This document shows, one piece after another, positions 60,952 through 64,000 of a stretch of 64,000 nt of DNA. Below the pieces are notes generated by a model. It had not been told where the DNA came from, searched no databases, and worked only from the letters and a program-made list of their open reading frames with translations. Position 1 is the stretch's first letter. Every line of letters begins with the position of its first letter. Where the stretch lies: positions 832,001 through 896,000 of the forward strand of contig CAWBNQ010000001.1 of the NCBI GenBank assembly GCA_963790205.1. Reading direction: 5' to 3'. A program made the position numbers and the translations under genes. This DNA comes from Nitrospirota bacterium (lineage in GTDB: Bacteria > Nitrospirota > UBA9217).

Positions 60952-61599
60952 TTAAAACTCAAACAGTAAACCCCCAAAATAGCTCGTGCCGCCGAGATTG
61001 ACGGAACTGCCTGAAACCGTGTCAACCATGGCGCGCGTGTATTTCGCTTCGAGGAAAAAATAGGTATGGTACACGCCGTTGTTCAGGTAGAGGCTGTTGG
61101 CCGCATCCTGATCGATGCCGTCCAGCAGGAATTGGAGCCCGGCCCTGGCGTGGTATCCGTTCGCTGCGCCTCGGGCCACCCCCTGCTTCTCAACTTCCTC
61201 CTCGTAGAAGACGCGGGTCCATCCTCCACCGACGTAGGGGACCACCCACTGCCTCTCGCTGAAAACTCCACGCGCTAGAACAAAAACGTTCACGGGATAG
61301 AGCTTGTAGGTGACCTTGCCGGCGGCTATATTATGGATCGGCGCCAGGCCTTGTCCTATGTCCTCTATATAGCTGCCCTCAATACCCACCTCAAGCGGTC
61401 TGAATACTTTATATGCCAGCGAACCGCCATACTCCCTGGTGTATCTTTTTCCATAGGACTGTGACCAGTTGTCGATATCAGGTATGAAATCGCCGCCTTT
61501 GACCTCGATGGACCAGTGAGGGCGCTCCGCAATCGGCTCCGCCGCAAGCAAAACGGTCGGCGAGATGATGAGGACAAAAATCAGGATGAATTTTTTCAA
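60952..61599 (-). CDS. Outer-membrane beta-barrel protein (MXAN_2562-like)
   Basis: TTG start overlapping the upstream stop; signal peptide; PYVGGG, alternating strands, C-terminal GLLFEF. Confidence 0.75.
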   Translation of the reverse strand: MKKFILIFVLIISPTVLLAAEPIAERPHWSIEVKGGDFIPDIDNWSQSYGKRYTREYGGSLAYKVFRPLEVGIEGSYIEDIGQGLAPIHNIAAGKVTYKLYPVNVFVLARGVFSERQWVVPYVGGGWTRVFYEEEVEKQGVARGAANGYHARAGLQFLLDGIDQDAANSLYLNNGVYHTYFFLEAKYTRAMVDTVSGSSVNLGGTSYFGGLLFEF

Positions 61600-63404
61600 C
61601 GCGCTCCTCCTGAATGCACGTGCTTTCGTCTCTGCATTAAAAAGCCTGCCAGTATGCCGGCCAGGATCAGAACGGCCAGCTTGGTGAGCAAAGAGGTCCT
61701 TGTCATGAACAACGCGCCTCCGACCGCGGGCAAAAGCGCGATCCGGACGACCGGCTTCAGCCACGCATGGGTGTTTATGAACTCCGCGCCGATCGGGCCG
61801 TAGCGGTAGTACCATTCGACGAAGGCCCTGCCCGGCGCGCTCGCCATGAGATATTGGTCCCGGAAGGCGCGCAGGGCCTGCACCTGTGGCGCGGAATAAT
61901 ACCCGTACGCGGCCGTGGCGATAAAGCAGCCTTTGTTCGGAAGGTTGGGGTTGGGAACGATGGCTTCCGGAAAATCCGTTACGACGGCTGAGTTGCCGCT
62001 TTCCAACATGGTGCCAACGACGACTGATGCCTGCGGCGAGTAAACGCTTTCATGCTCAATTCCGGAGTCGTAAGTCGGGCCAACATTGTCGAGAGCAGAT
62101 ACTGAGATAAGGTAGATCGGCACGGCATAAGCGGAGACCGCTATCTGGTACTTTTGCCCGTTGGTCAGTCCGAAAAGCGTATAACTGGTAGTGAATTTAA
62201 CGTCAATTGTATTTTCACTCACCGACGCGATGCCATAATGGATTTTATACCCCGTTGCACCGTTCGAAGAGGTCCACGAAACATCAAGCGCACTGTCGCT
62301 GGGACTCGTCGATGTGATCGTCGGAACAGGGGGGATCGGAACTGTTGACGTCAGTCCGCTGAGGATCGTACTGGTTGCTGTGCTTGGAATGTTCACTGTG
62401 GTCGTAGCCGACGAAAAAATGTAACGAACATTATAGCTTCCCGGGTTCGACGGATCAGTCACCAAGTATGAATTATTGGGGTCCCAGCTTACCGATATAG
62501 ATGTTGAAGTTGATGTCGGAGCGGACACCGGTTCTGGCACCGGGAAAGGGATGCTGTCGGCGTTCGGACCGCCATACGCTCCGATATCGCTTCTAGTCCC
62601 GTCAATCCCGTCTGTTATTGCCGGGTCACCCTGGTCAACACAGGGTGAGGGCGTCGGTGTTCTTAATTGAATATGGAAGTCTCCGTTAGCAGGTTTAACA
62701 AACAGCGGGTCAGGATTCACAAGCGCTGGTACAAGGGAGTTTGGTATAAAGTTCGTACCCGTGGGTCCATTTAGGGCTGGGAAAAAAAGGTTGTACGAAA
62801 TACTGTTTTGCGTTATTCCGGCGCCTTGGTTGATCTGAACGGTATTGGCAGAATTATAAAAAATATTGTTGGTAATTGAGCCGGAATCGCTGTCCCGCAT
62901 AATGGCGGTCCCGTTCTGATAAAAAGTATTGTTGACGATTGACGATGCTGGTGAATTCTGGATCTGCACTGCAATACTACTCGGTCCGGTCTGAAAAATA
63001 TTGTTTGTAATGCTCACTGACGAATTTCCGGTTACCAGAATGCCTGTTGTGGCGTTTGTGATGGTAAAGTTCCTGAAGGAAACGCCGGTCACTCCATTCG
63101 CGGTCACTGCAGTACCAGTACCTCCGCCGGAAATAATTGTTCTCGCGGTCTCCCGTCCCGACACAGGTATGCTGCTTTTCAGCGTGATTCCACCGGCATA
63201 GGTGCCCGGCTCGACAAACACGGAATAACTGTTCCCGGGATTTAGTGACAGCTGTAATGCAGCATTGTCAATCGCCGGTTGTATGGTTGAAAAATCATGA
63301 GGAACGTTCAGTGTGACACTTGTTGCCAGCAGAGTTCTCGGGATAACTGTGAGGTAAAGAAGGACAATAAGAGTGGTGAAGAGTGCAACGTATTTTGTTC
63401 TCAT
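61596..63404 (-). CDS. Secreted beta-helix plus fibronectin type III protein with a CFI-box-CTERM tail
   Basis: TIQ.AID..V..GTY, I.NNIF repeats, DIGAYGG, FN3 (VSW..GY.I.Y..GL.NG..Y..AVSA), GCFIATAAYG..LR.FRD..G..FV..YY, TM and basic tail. Confidence 0.85.
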   Translation of the reverse strand: MRTKYVALFTTLIVLLYLTVIPRTLLATSVTLNVPHDFSTIQPAIDNAALQLSLNPGNSYSVFVEPGTYAGGITLKSSIPVSGRETARTIISGGGTGTAVTANGVTGVSFRNFTITNATTGILVTGNSSVSITNNIFQTGPSSIAVQIQNSPASSIVNNTFYQNGTAIMRDSDSGSITNNIFYNSANTVQINQGAGITQNSISYNLFFPALNGPTGTNFIPNSLVPALVNPDPLFVKPANGDFHIQLRTPTPSPCVDQGDPAITDGIDGTRSDIGAYGGPNADSIPFPVPEPVSAPTSTSTSISVSWDPNNSYLVTDPSNPGSYNVRYIFSSATTTVNIPSTATSTILSGLTSTVPIPPVPTITSTSPSDSALDVSWTSSNGATGYKIHYGIASVSENTIDVKFTTSYTLFGLTNGQKYQIAVSAYAVPIYLISVSALDNVGPTYDSGIEHESVYSPQASVVVGTMLESGNSAVVTDFPEAIVPNPNLPNKGCFIATAAYGYYSAPQVQALRAFRDQYLMASAPGRAFVEWYYRYGPIGAEFINTHAWLKPVVRIALLPAVGGALFMTRTSLLTKLAVLILAGILAGFLMQRRKHVHSGGAR

Positions 63405-63687
63405 TATGTTTCGCCCTCGCAGAAAGTAAGTGCCTTATTTACCTTGCACATTAACATAAATCAGATTCAAAAGTCAAACCAACGCCCATGCTGTCGACAT
63501 CCTTTAAACACTAAAATATCTGTATGGAAAATTTTTAGTTGTATGTTTTGTATTTTGTGGTATTATGCTATTATTCAAAAAATATTAAAAAGCCGCCAGC
63601 CGTCATGCCGGCTAGCCGGAGCGGGGTGAGGCAGTAAACAACAGCTAAACCCGCCTGCCTTTATCCTGTTCGGTACGGAGGAGTTCG

Positions 63688-64000
63688 ATGCCAAGATCCA
63701 TGCGTTCTACCTCTATCCTGACCTTCCTTGCTTTCTTCTTCATTATTACAACAGCAGCCCAGGCCTACCAGCAGATCGAATTCGTCCGCGAGATCGGAGA
63801 AGTTGGGAAAAAGTTCGATCAGCGGCTGCTGCACGAACCGCGGGCGATAGCTCTTTTCGGGGAAAAGATTTACATCGCTGACACGGACGCCCACCGGGTG
63901 CTTGTGCTCGACCTGAACGGCAAGATCGTGCGCACCTGGGGCGCGAAAGGGGACAGGCCCGGACAGTTCAGGTCGCCTGCAGGAATTGCAGTTGACGAAA
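63688..64000 (+). CDS. NHL-repeat beta-propeller protein (3'-truncated by window edge)
   Basis: GGAGGAG RBS; signal peptide; IYIADT.AHRV, G..G..PGQF.SPAGIAVD. Confidence 0.8.
   Translation, partial: MPRSMRSTSILTFLAFFFIITTAAQAYQQIEFVREIGEVGKKFDQRLLHEPRAIALFGEKIYIADTDAHRVLVLDLNGKIVRTWGAKGDRPGQFRSPAGIAVDE

Overview
Bacterial chromosomal window, GC-rich coding DNA with AT-rich spacers. Gene content is most consistent with a sulfur-cycling Nitrospirota/Desulfobacterota-type organism (inference, not a database result). In order: the 3' part of glnA; a potassium island (PTS-EIIA fused to a Na,K/H,K-ATPase-like P-type pump, kdp(Z)FABC-orf-kdpDE, KimA-like APC transporter); a haem-c/Cys-rich multi-sensor kinase with a sigma-54 regulator; adk; a CheY-like receiver; an AT-richer defence islet (fused nuclease-N6-methylase, S subunit, HipA-like kinase, HIRAN-type protein); the minus-strand rho-rpmE-DUF1385-prfA-prmC-murA-hisDG//hisCBHAF housekeeping block, interrupted by two unrelated genes; a Rieske/split cytochrome b6-type module; a PAS kinase; a PPDK-regulatory protein; cydAB; a decayed peroxiredoxin gene; a sulfur-trafficking island (YeeD-YeeE-DsrE/F/H-like 'YTD' cluster converging on a FadL-periplasmic protein-TusA-DsrE2 operon, a split-Soret-type cytochrome, a second YeeD); a CFI-box-CTERM surface protein with a coupled outer-membrane barrel; and the start of an NHL-repeat protein. 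Four genes carry single-base homopolymer insertions that are probably assembly errors. Many intra-operon spacers hold palindromic 7/9-mer repeat elements, and one such repeat is translated inside HisF. No rRNA, tRNA, CRISPR array or transposase was recognised.
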